DNA of 63,708 bases, counting the filler, from Licmophora abbreviata (taxonomy: Eukaryota), in NCBI GenBank assembly GCA_900291995.1. It is 13 parts of 13 records of this genome, joined end to end, with 100 filler letters (N's around TTAATTAATTAA, not from the genome) between each part and the next. Parts side by side here need not be neighbours in the genome. Positions count along the whole stretch, not along the records: positions 23,143 to 30,583 come from OLMU01001501.1; positions 30,684 to 42,554 come from OLMU01001504.1; 11 more parts are not named here. One strand, given 5' to 3'. The translations under genes and the position numbers were made by a program. Below the pieces are notes generated by a model. The model saw nothing but the letters and a program-made list of their open reading frames with translations, ran no database searches and had not been told where the DNA came from. Every line of letters starts with the position of its first letter. Position 1 is the first letter of the stretch. Shown piece by piece: positions 23,348 to 34,798 of this stretch.

Positions 23348-25920
23348 ATGAAAGCCTCTACTCGGGCGGGTCATGTCGTGTTGGGATTCATCGCGTTTCT
23401 CTCTTTCGGGCAGCTCCATCTTCATTTCTCGCTGGCAGCCAGTCTTGATGAAAATTCCGAGCCTGACAGTGAGACCGGTGGACCACGTCTTCGTGGAAGC
23501 GCTAAGGTCGGACGCCCGAGCAAGGCCGCACTCTTCGACTCCACTACAGCTTTCTTTGCCCAGGACGAAAGCGAGTTGGAATCGTCCAATACTGTGGCGG
23601 TACACGAAAGGATAGCCCCTGGTATACAGAACTCACGCGGTTTGTCTTTTTCGAGTGGCACGCCCAATCTGCAGGATGGTGGACTTTCTTCCTCCGTCAC
23701 GGGGAAACTTGCCCCGCTCCTGGACACGGAGAAAGACCTTGTCCACGTTGGGGATGAGGGAATTCCATCAGACAAGTTTCCGCTTTCCTTGTGCGAGGGT
23801 GACTGTGATACAGACGACGACTGTGCCTATCCATATACCTGTTTCAAGAAGAACGACGACGATTACGTGCCGGGCTGCAGAGGGAAGCGCAATACTTTTG
23901 CAAACGGAAACAAAGAGGTATGCGTATTTGCTGTGTCCAGGTTTGGGCAAACTCATACAGCGCCTTGTACGATATTCTCATTTCTGGCTTGATTTTTTGA
24001 ATTTTCTTTACTCTCCACTAGGACTACTGCTACCTTGACGCCGACTCAGGGCCCATCCCACCGCCTGTTTCCATTCCGACTTCCAGTACGATAAATCCGA
24101 CGCCAAGGCCTACTCCACGCCCAACGCCTCACCCAACAAACGGCTCAAGTCCAATGCCCTCATCGAATCCGGCGAGCGATCTTACGACGGTTCCATCAGC
24201 TGAGCCGACAGTCGAAGCTAGTGACATCCCGAGCATGCACCTGTCTTCCAACCCGACGATCGGGTCAAGTGCCTCCCCCAGCGCGGCACCAATTACCTCC
24301 CCAACATCACCTCCTACTCGTTTGAGTGTCTCGTCTCTCCCAACCAACGTCTTATCGACGGGGTCTCCATCCTTATTCCCTAGTGCGACCTCGAGCTCTT
24401 CTCCCACAGTACTGATGAGCTCACACCCGACTATTACGTCTAGCGGGGAGCCAAGTGTTGAGGCGTCAGAGGAGCCAACTGCGGTGTCTTCACTGGAGCC
24501 TAGCTCGGCACCGAGTATACTGCCTACCACGTCTCCAAGTATATCACCAACAGTACGACCGACACTCAGCCCCTCATCACCGCCCACTCCACTGCCTACC
24601 CCACTTCCCACTCCTGTAAACACTCCAGACCCAACGCCGGCGCCTGTACCAGTCTATGGTTTGCAGCCGGCATGCGACAAGGTAGATCCTAATGGATTCA
24701 ATTTCTGTCTTGATTTTGCTTCAATATCTGGGCAGTATGAATCCTGGATGGATTCCTTCGAGGATGCAGCGGCAACGTGGGAACGAACCATAACTGGGGA
24801 CGCTCTCTGGTTCAACGGTGCAACAAATCGGTTTGATAGTGTCGCCATTGATTCAACAATTCTCGAGCAGTTTTTGCCGGCGCGCATGGTGGGATGCAGC
24901 AGTACCTACCCGGACCTTATTGATGACGTCTATGTCTGTGCAAAGGATGCAGATTTGGAACCTGGTGTTCTTGGACAAGCCAGTCAATTTGTCACTACTA
25001 CCCGTCCCTCCTTGGTTCCAAATCGAGGCGCTGTCGTCCAGCCCGTTGTTGGCTTTATGGAGTTTGATAGAAGTGCGATTTCTGCATTGATTTCCAATGG
25101 CCTCTTTGACGATGTCATACTGCATGAGATGTTGCATGTACTGGGTGTCGGTTCAGGTTGGTATAGCAATGGACTCGCGACGTTGAACAGCTTCGGTACG
25201 CCAACCGGCCTGTACAGTGATACAGTAGGAAGCTATCAAACACAGGCGGGAGTGCAATGGAGGGATATAGGATGTGTAGGACCAGTCCCCATCGAGACAA
25301 ACTTCAGCCCTGGCACCCGATATGTACACTGGGACGAAGGTGAGTAATTGTCGCATTCCAGAATGGAGCAAGGAAGAACTGCCCCAACCGTAGCTCACTT
25401 CCACAAGCATCTTTTTAATAGACTGCCTCCAGAACGAGATCATGACTGGTTTCCTCGACCCGACCACTCCCATTTCCAAGATAACGATCGGCAGTCTTCA
25501 AGACATTGGCTATGAGGTGCGTTTTCTTTTTTGAAATGTTGTGCGCCGTAACCGTCAAGTCTATGTGGGCTGATTTTAAGTTGTTTCTCTGTGTACGAGT
25601 AGGTCGACTTCGGCCAAGCCGACGATTTCACTCGGTTGGACATCGGGGCATGCTGCTCTTCTTGCCTCGGCTTCAAACCATGCCTAGACCCTCCGGCACG
25701 AAAACTTGCCAAAAAGACACTTAGCGAAGATGGCCGTGCTACTATTCTAAGGTATGCCAGACGAAAGCTGTCTTTCATGCGAGACCAAGCTCCAGAGCAA
25801 GTAGAGATCCCGGACTATCTGACTTATACGGCAGGCGACGCTATTCGCGTGTTCTTTGAAGAGGAAGGCGGGGTATTTGATCTCTTCGTCACGTGGGACA
25901 TGGTGAAGGACATGAAATGA
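23348..25920 (+). CDS. Membrane-anchored/secreted zinc metalloprotease (M8 leishmanolysin-related) with Cys-rich domain and Pro/Thr/Ser-rich linker; about 4 exons
   Basis: TM/signal segment, CEGDCDTDDDC..C...VPGC, PT/PS repeats, GVLGQA, ILHEMLHVLG (HExxH), HWDE|.CLQNEIMTG, ITIGSLQDIGY. Confidence 0.8.
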
Positions 25921-26611
25921 GATACCTGTGTTACAATCCAGCCATGCTTACATTGGCATCTTTCCTTGCTTGGAAATGCGTCAAGCTCGAATTTGTGTGT
26001 AATGGCATTGTGCTAGAATAGAATGTTCTGTTGGAGTCAGTCCGGCAAGAACTCTCGTCTGCTTGCTGTATCTTAGTCACGTTTGTGGGCTCATGAGCGT
26101 ATCGTCTCGACACTGTTCAGTTCTGGTGATGCATATTTCTACAATAGCTCCAAAACGACAGAGAGAGTCTTGAACTAGCGGCAACAGTAGCAGCGAGAGC
26201 GAAGCATATTGGAAAGTCTTCGACATCAGGAAAGGCTATCGTTTCCGCAAGCGTGGAGCGCGAAGGTAGCTTCTTCACCCCCGATCGTTGCACCGAAGCA
26301 AGCTCCGATCCACAGGCGCTCGACCAATCCAGGCGTATTGTTCCAATGATAGCTTTCGACGCGTGGCCGCAACCGACTCTTGCACCAAGCTGTGCTCTGA
26401 CTATAAGGTTAGTGCACAAAGAAGAAGGTGCAACGTGCTGCAAAATGAGTCGAATGAGTCGAATATTCCGCTGGACACGGGATCAGATTATGTGGCGGGT
26501 AACCAAGACCAACTTTGTCGAGCTTCTCACTATTCCTTTGGTGATCCCCGAGGATGAGTCAAGATGGCAAGAACAGATAAAAAGAATACTGTCACGAACT
26601 AGAACTATCCG

Positions 26612-27235
26612 ATGACACTTCCTTCGAATGAGAGCGCTTCCGACGACGGCGACGCATCCTCAAGCACGAGCGGCTCGTTTTCGCCGCCTCCCTCACCCCC
26701 TGTTGACGATCCTCATGGGGACTCGCGAGAGGACCAAATCATTTCGAGGCTCGATCCCAGTGGACCCGAACTCAATCCGCCATCAAGTAGAAGTGCTGGT
26801 GATAGTAACAGTAAGAGAGAAGTGCTGTTGAGGAAGGATGGCATAGTACCGACCAGGTCAAAGGATCGTCGAGTTGGGAACTGCATGGTGCCGCGTCTCT
26901 TGGGAGATGGAGGCTTGGATACGATTGTCGAGACATCTCAGGAGAGCTTGTCTCCATCGAATACTGCACGATCGACAAGTTGTAACGACGAAAGTGGCTC
27001 GAAGTCACCTGAAGCGTGTAAGACCGATGGTCCGTTCGCCGATTCAGACCGACTGCAACTCCACGAAGAAGAAAAAGAAGGAAGCACGCAGACGAGCAGC
27101 GGGTGTAGTGGTGACCGCTCTTCACGTTCATTGCTTGAAACGACGCGTCTTTTCAAGCGGAAGCTTCTCATTACCGTCGGAGTCTGCATTATTCTCGTGC
27201 TCACCGTAATGCTCATAGTCTTCCTCGTACTGTAG
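26612..27235 (+). CDS. Hypothetical Ser-rich protein with C-terminal TM helix
   Basis: 207-aa ORF with ATG start, ending in the hydrophobic LLITVGVCIILVLTVMLIVFLVL. Confidence 0.55.
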   Translation: MTLPSNESASDDGDASSSTSGSFSPPPSPPVDDPHGDSREDQIISRLDPSGPELNPPSSRSAGDSNSKREVLLRKDGIVPTRSKDRRVGNCMVPRLLGDGGLDTIVETSQESLSPSNTARSTSCNDESGSKSPEACKTDGPFADSDRLQLHEEEKEGSTQTSSGCSGDRSSRSLLETTRLFKRKLLITVGVCIILVLTVMLIVFLVL

Positions 27236-28225
27236 TCTACCATCTTTTCCAAGTCGTCTGAACCCCTCTCGAAGACTTGTCCTCCATGGCATTCTTCTTC
27301 TGTCGCGAATCGTTTCGAGACAGTCTCGTTTCTAAGAGCCGGACACGAGGATAGAGGCAGGCTCTGTATCGTTCATTGACGACACTATCATGCAGACACT
27401 TCCAGTTCACCTTTGTTGCATTGGTCGCTTTTCCTTTACTCCTTGGACTCCCTGATCACCTTCCTCCCCATCACACGAGATAAATGGGCGTCGTGGAGAG
27501 CGAAGATCCTCTCGAGAACGCAGAAATTTCCCCCGCAATGGAGCCGTTGATCCCCAAGGGGTGCGAGGTTCACCGTGAAAGCACCGGCGAAGCAGAGGTG
27601 CGCGAACACGACAGATTTGCGAGCTTTTTCGTCTTGCCCTCCGTAAGAGCTCTCGATCAATATCTCGACATGCAACTTTTGCGAGCAACAAGAAGTAAGT
27701 CGTCTTGACCATGGCGACGCTGTTCTGCAGATCCTTCCCTCCTCCCTGAGGTCTTCGCTGCTACTGAGCACTTTGTCGCAAGGTGATGAAGAAGGGAGCC
27801 TATATTTTACTAAGGATAGCGCGGGCACGGCTTTCGTGTTGTCAACTTTGACACCAAGCAAGCAAGATCATCCAAGATTAAAGTACAGCGACGGATAGAG
27901 GGGGTCGCGTCAGGATTGAGGCGATTATCCTTTCTCAATTCGTCACATATTCTTTAAACTCGGGATGCTTGGGTCCTGAGTTTGGATCACGTCTCGCGCG
28001 TTCCATCACACGACTACTCGTATCATACCCAAGATTGATGACGCCATACACAAGACAAGATGAAACATGGTCGCGATCAAGACAGAAACACGACTAGACC
28101 AGTCTTGGTTCGATTCCAAAATTCTTGCCTTCGTTGTTATCACCTATCACATATTGCTATCACAAAATTGGCATCATCAAGTTGTCTGGCTAGCCACTTA
28201 TAAGCATACCCGACTCTTCCACGCA

Positions 28226-28924
28226 ATGCCAGCCAGAATCAGTTCCATGGAAACAGGTCATCCACGTCCACAGGCCCGAAGAAACGATTCGGGAGGTCTC
28301 CCCAAACTTGAGGTTCACAGAAGTGGCCGAACGATTTCATTGAATGACAGAACCGATGCATCCGATGTCAGTTCTCTTTCCACAATGCAGTCGTATCCCT
28401 CAGTCCTTCTTGAACACACCCCAAAGGGGAGCGGTCGCCAGCCTCGCGAGCCCAAACGGAGAGATTCGTCGCTCTTTCCCGTTTCCATGCCGAGTCTCGT
28501 TGAAGGGTCCTTTGATCATATCTGGGAGCAGGAACCGATAGACGCGAAAGCTTCTGTTGTAGTGGGTGTCTGGGATGGCAGCGGAGCGACGGATTCTGTC
28601 TCAGATAGGACCTCTCAGCATTCCTCGGCATCAGGCTCTTCAATCGATGTGAGTACCGGAAACGAGAGAGGCCCCTCGTTCGACCACAGCTTCACTTCCG
28701 ACGACGACCACTCCTTTGCCAGCATCGACATTGAAGACGGTCTGGACTCACTCAAGATAACGGCATTCGAAAAGAATGGTCATCAGCTAAACTCCATCGA
28801 AAAGAAGGAATCAGCCCCGCACAAGGGCGAACAAAGATTCTTAATAGGTCGCAGGGACACAATCTGGGCGTTAGTCGCGCTGAAACTCTTCATTCTTGGT
28901 CTCGCTCTCGGAAAGATATTTTAA
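28226..28924 (+). CDS. Hypothetical Ser/Asp-rich protein with C-terminal TM helix
   Basis: Long ORF (28067-28924), probable start MPARISS, ending TIWALVALKLFILGLALGKIF. Confidence 0.55.
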   Translation: MPARISSMETGHPRPQARRNDSGGLPKLEVHRSGRTISLNDRTDASDVSSLSTMQSYPSVLLEHTPKGSGRQPREPKRRDSSLFPVSMPSLVEGSFDHIWEQEPIDAKASVVVGVWDGSGATDSVSDRTSQHSSASGSSIDVSTGNERGPSFDHSFTSDDDHSFASIDIEDGLDSLKITAFEKNGHQLNSIEKKESAPHKGEQRFLIGRRDTIWALVALKLFILGLALGKIF

Positions 28925-29028
28925 ACTCTGTCGCTTCAATGATGGAGAGGAAGACAAGAAGTAAAATATAGGTAGCCATGGGAAGCTGATTCCTTTCCTT
29001 CCACACACGTGTCGTACTGCATCTCCGA

Positions 29029-30493
29029 TCACGGCAGAACGCCTTCAATCATTCCCACCGCAATCGTGTCGCCTCCTCTCCGCAGCACAAAGCGTCCAAG
29101 AGCACGACAGTCCGCGTACGTTTCCAAACAAACCTTCTCGCTCAGAGTAATCTCTACGACTGCACTAGCGCCGCCGGTGAGTGCCCGTGGTCGATCCTTT
29201 TGGGTTCCATCACGTTTTATGATGTACATCAAAGTTGAAACCACTGCTGGGACGTCCAAGCTGTGCATGTGCCAGAGGACCTGCGCACCACGGATAAGAG
29301 GGACTGCCAGATCTTCCATGACCAATATTTTTGCCTGCATCTTTTGGCGCACAGCGGGTCGGAGTGACAAATGCGATGGGGACAAGACGCACCCGGGCGC
29401 TATTCGCGCAATGTCCAAACCTCCCAAGACGAGATCTACTGTATCGCCCGCCATGGCCCAGCTGAGACGATCGGTTGAAGCATCTGCCAGTAGACCATGA
29501 TCAATGCGTGTAAGGACTGCTCCGTCGCCAATCGGCAAAACCGCCACCTTGTCTCCGGTCTTGACTAGTCCCTGCACAACTCGACACTTTGTGGTGATTC
29601 CTTTGCCTTCAGCATACACGTCAGTGACAATGGCGCGCAGCGGCTTGTCTGTTGGAGCAAAAGGAAATAGATGAGACGGTGCCAAGAACAACAGGCAAGA
29701 CCCATTCCAGTCACTTCGTATTGACGAGACGCACCAACATTGCGCTGCGCCGGAATAAAGTTGTCCATAGCCTCTAGCAGCGTGGGCCCCGAATACCACG
29801 ATTTTAATTTCTCTTCGGTCGGTCGTCCTTTGATATTGCACCCAGTCAATCCGCTAATCGGGATGAAACGAGTTCGCTTCGGTGAAAAGCCATTTGCCTG
29901 AAGAAACGGTTGCAACTTTGCTCTAATCTCCTCATACCGATGTTGACTCCAGTCCACAGCATCCAGTTTGTTGATTGCAACAATAATCTGCGAAACTCCC
30001 AAGCCCCTAGCCAGTACCACGTGCTCTTTCGTTTGTCCTCCACTCTTGCTGTTGCTACTATTTGCACTGTTGAATCCAGCTTCGAATTCTCCAATTGTCG
30101 CAGCAACAACCAGCAATCCGACATCCGCCGAGGCCGCCCCTGTAATCATGGCTGGTATAAATTCGGCATGTCCAGGCGCATCCAACAAGACAAAATCGTG
30201 CTTCGGGGTGGTGATATATTTCGTCGCCACCTCCATAGTCACGCCTCGTTCGCGTTCGCTGTCGTCCTCGTCCATGACCCAGGCCAAGGCAAAACTCGCC
30301 TTGCCGACGTCGGCAGCTACAGATCAGACATTGTGGGCGGAAGATGCATTGGATGAGTCAAGAAGGAACCAATGGAATCCATTGCACATGTGAAAGCCCA
30401 TCCCACATCCCACCTACCTTGCTTCTGATACTTTGCGATTGTTCGCTTTTGCACTTGACCGAGCTGCACCAAAACCTGTCCCATGAGCGTGCT
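29029..30493 (-). CDS. HBS1: HBS1-like translational GTPase (eRF3/EF-1alpha family), 5' truncated, multi-exon
   Basis: [78 protein letters not shown]. Introns at about 30318-30417 and 29650-29736. Confidence 0.9.
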
Positions 30494-30743
30494 CTGTGGA
30501 ACGAACGCATAAATTACGAGGTAAGAATGCCGAGCCACCAAAACTAAAAATAACAACGTTCCACAGTGCATGCGATGTATTACNNNNNNNNNNNNNNNNN
30601 NNNNNNNNNNNNNNNNNNNNNNNNNNNTTAATTAATTAANNNNNNNNNNNNNNNNNNNNNNNNNNNNNNNNNNNNNNNNNNNNTCTTCATTTCCTTTCCA
30701 AGGTCTAATTGATTTCTCTATTATTCGTCTACGTTGTGTCTTT

Positions 30744-32420
30744 CTATTCCTTCAGCTCGCCTAGCCACTGTTTTAGAGTGGTCTTGATCGCAATGAATCC
30801 CAGCTTGATGTCGTTGGTATCCTTGTCGCTCGGTCCTGTATGGCTCAAATCACTATGATGAGCGCCATTGGGAAAGTTCACGACTGGCAGCGACGGGTGC
30901 GGCGATTCAGTAATACTGACGACCGACCATCCATCATTCAACCCATTGGTGAACAAGATCTTACTCGCGTTCCGAGCGACAATGTCGTCGAATCCGTAGG
31001 TGCGCACGAGTCGGGTAGGGTCAACCGGCAGTCCAAAGCGACTCATGCAATACTCGTTGAGCAGTTCATTCGTCCAAGCTCTGGGAGGAAACATGCTCTC
31101 TTCGGAGAAACCAGCACGAATCACTAAATCATAGCATGTCTGGAACTCCCAGGACCTTGCCGTATCCCCTCCACCGGCACCAGACCAGTCCGACGTGGAC
31201 AATGTCGCATTCGCACCGGTTGGAAGACGCGTTTTCAGATCAAAGCAGTGATCCGACTCGCCTTCGTCCTCTTGCAGCAACTTCCAAAAGCCTTTGATCT
31301 TTTTCATGGTGGTGTTGTCCTTCGATTTCAGCAGGCTGCAGACGCGGGCAAGCTGCGTATCTTCCGAAGGGGGATAGTATGCCATGTTAGAGTCGGCAAA
31401 AGATTCGCGGGCGATCATGAGAAGCTCCTGTCCCAACAAGGCATTGTTTTGAATGTAGTTGGGGATCGACTCGACGCAGATACCAAAGCTTTCAGCGGTG
31501 TCCGCGACACTCAAAGCACTACTTTCCACCATGTCGCCAAACGCGGTCAGTGTCGATTTGACAGCATCGTGGCATCCAGGTGAGGCCTGTTCAGCGACCT
31601 GAGAGACCTTGTCATAGTATACGGCCGTACTGATAGCTTGTGTGTAAAGAGGCAAGGGTGCGCTCGAAGCGTACGCCATGTCAATTAGATCGGGATGCAA
31701 GAAGCGAAACATGAAACTCAAAAAGCCAGGGTAGGAGCCTCCGACCGTAATGACTGGGCAATAGTGTTTCGATGAGCGATCCATTGAGCATTTGAGATGC
31801 TTTCGCTTGTAGTGAATCAGTCGCATCGTGTCGGCCATGGATTGTTCCACAGTGTGCAGGCCAATGAAATCTGAGTTCTTCTTGACATGGACAGGCTGTG
31901 ATTCGCCGTAGAAGCGGTGCTCGGGAGCGAAGACGAATGCCTTGAATTCCTTGGCGAGGTGCTCGTAAATGAATGGATACAGAAGCCCAGTGAGCTCATC
32001 TTCTCCTCCGATTACGACAAAGATCGGATGACCTGGTCCTGCAAAGTACTCATCGCTCTCATAGTATCGATGTTTCCACGATTTGGCTGCTTTCGGGTCG
32101 GCGAAATGATCAACGAGCTGGTCTTTGAAGTACAACGGCTTGAACTCCTTCTTCTTGGGTTCATTTTTCTTTGCCTTTTTCAAATGCTTCTTTTTGGAGG
32201 ATGCACTGGGCTTACCCAGCAGATCCAGATTCGTGGAGGTGTCGGTCGGAGATGATACCATGAGAGCAAACAAGAGCATGCCGGCGCAGGCCGTCGCTGC
32301 GATCCAAACTCGGGAGGGGAGCTGCCAATGGCGCTTGTTGTTCACGTGCGAGTCTTGCTGCGCGGCCTCCTCAAAGTTCACGATAGTAGGAGGTGGAATA
32401 CTGCCGTACTCGAGCGTCAT
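30744..32420 (-). CDS. Serine carboxypeptidase S28 (prolylcarboxypeptidase/DPP7 family), type II membrane
   Basis: QLVDHF, PIFVVIGGE, PEHRFYGES, GGSYPG nucleophile, ASSAP, WEFQTC, FTNGLNDGW, GAHHSDL. Confidence 0.93.
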   Translation of the reverse strand: MTLEYGSIPPPTIVNFEEAAQQDSHVNNKRHWQLPSRVWIAATACAGMLLFALMVSSPTDTSTNLDLLGKPSASSKKKHLKKAKKNEPKKKEFKPLYFKDQLVDHFADPKAAKSWKHRYYESDEYFAGPGHPIFVVIGGEDELTGLLYPFIYEHLAKEFKAFVFAPEHRFYGESQPVHVKKNSDFIGLHTVEQSMADTMRLIHYKRKHLKCSMDRSSKHYCPVITVGGSYPGFLSFMFRFLHPDLIDMAYASSAPLPLYTQAISTAVYYDKVSQVAEQASPGCHDAVKSTLTAFGDMVESSALSVADTAESFGICVESIPNYIQNNALLGQELLMIARESFADSNMAYYPPSEDTQLARVCSLLKSKDNTTMKKIKGFWKLLQEDEGESDHCFDLKTRLPTGANATLSTSDWSGAGGGDTARSWEFQTCYDLVIRAGFSEESMFPPRAWTNELLNEYCMSRFGLPVDPTRLVRTYGFDDIVARNASKILFTNGLNDGWSVVSITESPHPSLPVVNFPNGAHHSDLSHTGPSDKDTNDIKLGFIAIKTTLKQWLGELKE

Positions 32421-32838
32421 CTTGCTTCTTTCTTGGTCCTGATACAAAGCTGAGAGGTTTCCAGTGCGAGCACCTGGTATTGAGTGAAGTAAGCGTTGTA
32501 CCAGGTACAAATGGCGCCATGGCTGCCCTCTATTTTGTGCACTTTCGTTGGCGCTCACATCGGATGACGGCGGCATCCGATATTTCCAAGTGTCATGACG
32601 GTTTTTAGACATCATGACATTATCAGATCGAATGACTGAATCACTCCCGACGAATGAGATCGTCAGCCGAGACGCGGGTGACTCGACTCACATGATGACA
32701 TCATGCGTAGGAGCTGTACCACAGCTACGGCATTGAAGAATCCATGGGGCTCACAATTTGCTGAGTCGACGTCCCATCAAAGAAGCAAATTTATTCTTCT
32801 TTCGTTCACAATTTGATCGACCTGTGCACAGAGAAACC

Positions 32839-33360
32839 ATGACTTCGACGGACTCCAGCATCAACACGCTCCCCCTTGAGCTCAGGAAGCTTCAGCGTCG
32901 CTTCCTAACAACTCCCAAGGTTTGCGCCGACTCCATCAACAAATCCAACGATGCCAACTACAACCTACCGGCTGATCTAGTTCAGGATACAAAGAACAAA
33001 ATTGAACAAGCCAACGAGTACTTGAAGAGCTCCAACACTACAAAGGAACAGCGAGCTGCGGTTCAGTCGAAGCTCGTTGACATCAAGGCGCATTTGAAGA
33101 GCACCCAGAAGCGCGAGGTGCACGGATTGTCTCCTTCCAAGGTTGCAAATGGCAAAGGCAAACCTGTTCTCTTGAGAAAGCAGTCTACCAGTGACAGTAT
33201 TTCCTCCCAGACTAGCATTGCTTCAGACATGTCCCCCGTTTCAGCGATGGAATTTCATAGGGAGAACAGTATGAATTTCCTGGTGTCGTCTTTCAAGGAG
33301 GCCGTCGGAATCAAGGCATCGCAAGACATCACCGCTGCGTTCCAGGCGTATTCCAAATGA
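32839..33360 (+). CDS. Hypothetical protein (helical/coiled-coil)
   Basis: Clean ORF with coding-like codon usage. No family recognised. Confidence 0.6.
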   Translation: MTSTDSSINTLPLELRKLQRRFLTTPKVCADSINKSNDANYNLPADLVQDTKNKIEQANEYLKSSNTTKEQRAAVQSKLVDIKAHLKSTQKREVHGLSPSKVANGKGKPVLLRKQSTSDSISSQTSIASDMSPVSAMEFHRENSMNFLVSSFKEAVGIKASQDITAAFQAYSK

Positions 33361-33675
33361 AGAGATTTTGTAGATAGGTAAATTTGCATTGTGTAGTGTA
33401 AATAGGAATGCATAGAACACAGAGGCGATTTCTAGTGTTGATGACTATTGACAGCTCACAGTTCGAAACGTTGAGAATCAAGTCCCGTGTGAGTCAGTCA
33501 TGGATGAATGAAATTCAAAAAATGAGAAACAGAGGATTCCAAACTCCAGCCATTCGCTCGTTCGTCGCACGTTTTCGAAAGAGAAAGTGAAGGTCAGATT
33601 GATGAAACGGAGGATTGATTCCAAATGCCAACCATTCATTCAGTTGTTGCACTTTTCGAAAGACGACGTAGCACC

Positions 33676-34131
33676 ATGACCGACTCTTCCCCGCCCTCTT
33701 CTTCGCCCACGACGGGACTCATTGTATTGGGCAATGCTATGTACTTTCAACCGACTCAGGAAAATAGTGGGGTGGTTTCGGCGACAGTAACAGAACGTGA
33801 GCAAATGTCTGGGTCCCTTACCTCCGCCAAAGTGGACTCACTTGAGTCCCTTCACGTTGTCATGAACGGCTCGAGTGTTGATTCATTGTATGATCCTGAT
33901 GCCATAACGACCCTAAGTCCGCTACTCAAGGAAGGTGCCGAAGTTTCGGCACATGTGTTACAAGCGGATCAGCATGCATCAGACGAAGCGATTCATTCAA
34001 TCCGTATGTCTATGGTAATGGCGAATCTCCAAATGGAATCGGAAACTCTAGGCGAGGACGGGTCCAGGATACTGACAGCTAGAAAATCAGTTAGCAATAG
34101 CAATGACGATGGTGATGATGAAGAGGATTGA
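33676..34131 (+). CDS. Hypothetical protein resembling the N-terminal methyltransferase-like domain of anamorsin/Dre2
   Basis: Pattern SLESLHVV...LSPLLKEGAEV...SMVMANL..E.E...GSRILTARK, then an acidic tail. No Fe-S Cys motifs. Confidence 0.45.
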   Translation: MTDSSPPSSSPTTGLIVLGNAMYFQPTQENSGVVSATVTEREQMSGSLTSAKVDSLESLHVVMNGSSVDSLYDPDAITTLSPLLKEGAEVSAHVLQADQHASDEAIHSIRMSMVMANLQMESETLGEDGSRILTARKSVSNSNDDGDDEED

Positions 34132-34798
34132 ACGAGCAAGAGTACAAAAGACGTGGGAAAGCGAATTCCGAAATGGATGTACTAAGTAGCTGAGTCGAGT
34201 AGTTCGTCGATCGGTAAACCAGGTGAGCAAACGGAGACATTGATTTGGAAGTGAGACCTAATGACGATTGCGAACATAGAGGTGATAATGGCAATACAGA
34301 ATCATGTTGAAGCAGTTGGCTCTCATTGCTCATGTGCAGACATGTGAGGTGACAGAGACGGGAAAAGACGGAAGGTTTCAAATTGTAATATCTTGATGCA
34401 GCAGGTGACACAACTATCACTATCTCTGGAGAGATTGTACCTGGTAGCCATATTCCTAGTAGATCTCGGCCCAGCCTTGATCTCCCCGCGGAAGGTGCCG
34501 TTAGTCTACGGTTGGTGTAGACCTATTCCCCTAGGCGGCTCAAGATGGATTGCAGTCGCTATTCCCACCGGTGTGTGTCGAATGAGTCGAGTCAGGTGCT
34601 CGAGCTCTAGGAGGTACGAAGTCTAACTCCCAGTTCAGCACGTGTTGAGCGAAGTGCCATAGTAATGTAGCTGATTTTGTATAAGTGTGTCTTAGTAAAA
34701 TACTTAACATGCAGTATATACTATGGGAAAAGCCTCGTGTGACCTGCCAATGAATGCCAAAAAGCATGAAAGATCCATTCTCACCACACAATGAAATC

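Noticed and set aside
26117..27900. Small ORFs at 26253-26615, 27436-27861 and 27484-27708
   Set aside because: No recognisable domain or consistent exon structure, so they cannot be supported as genes.
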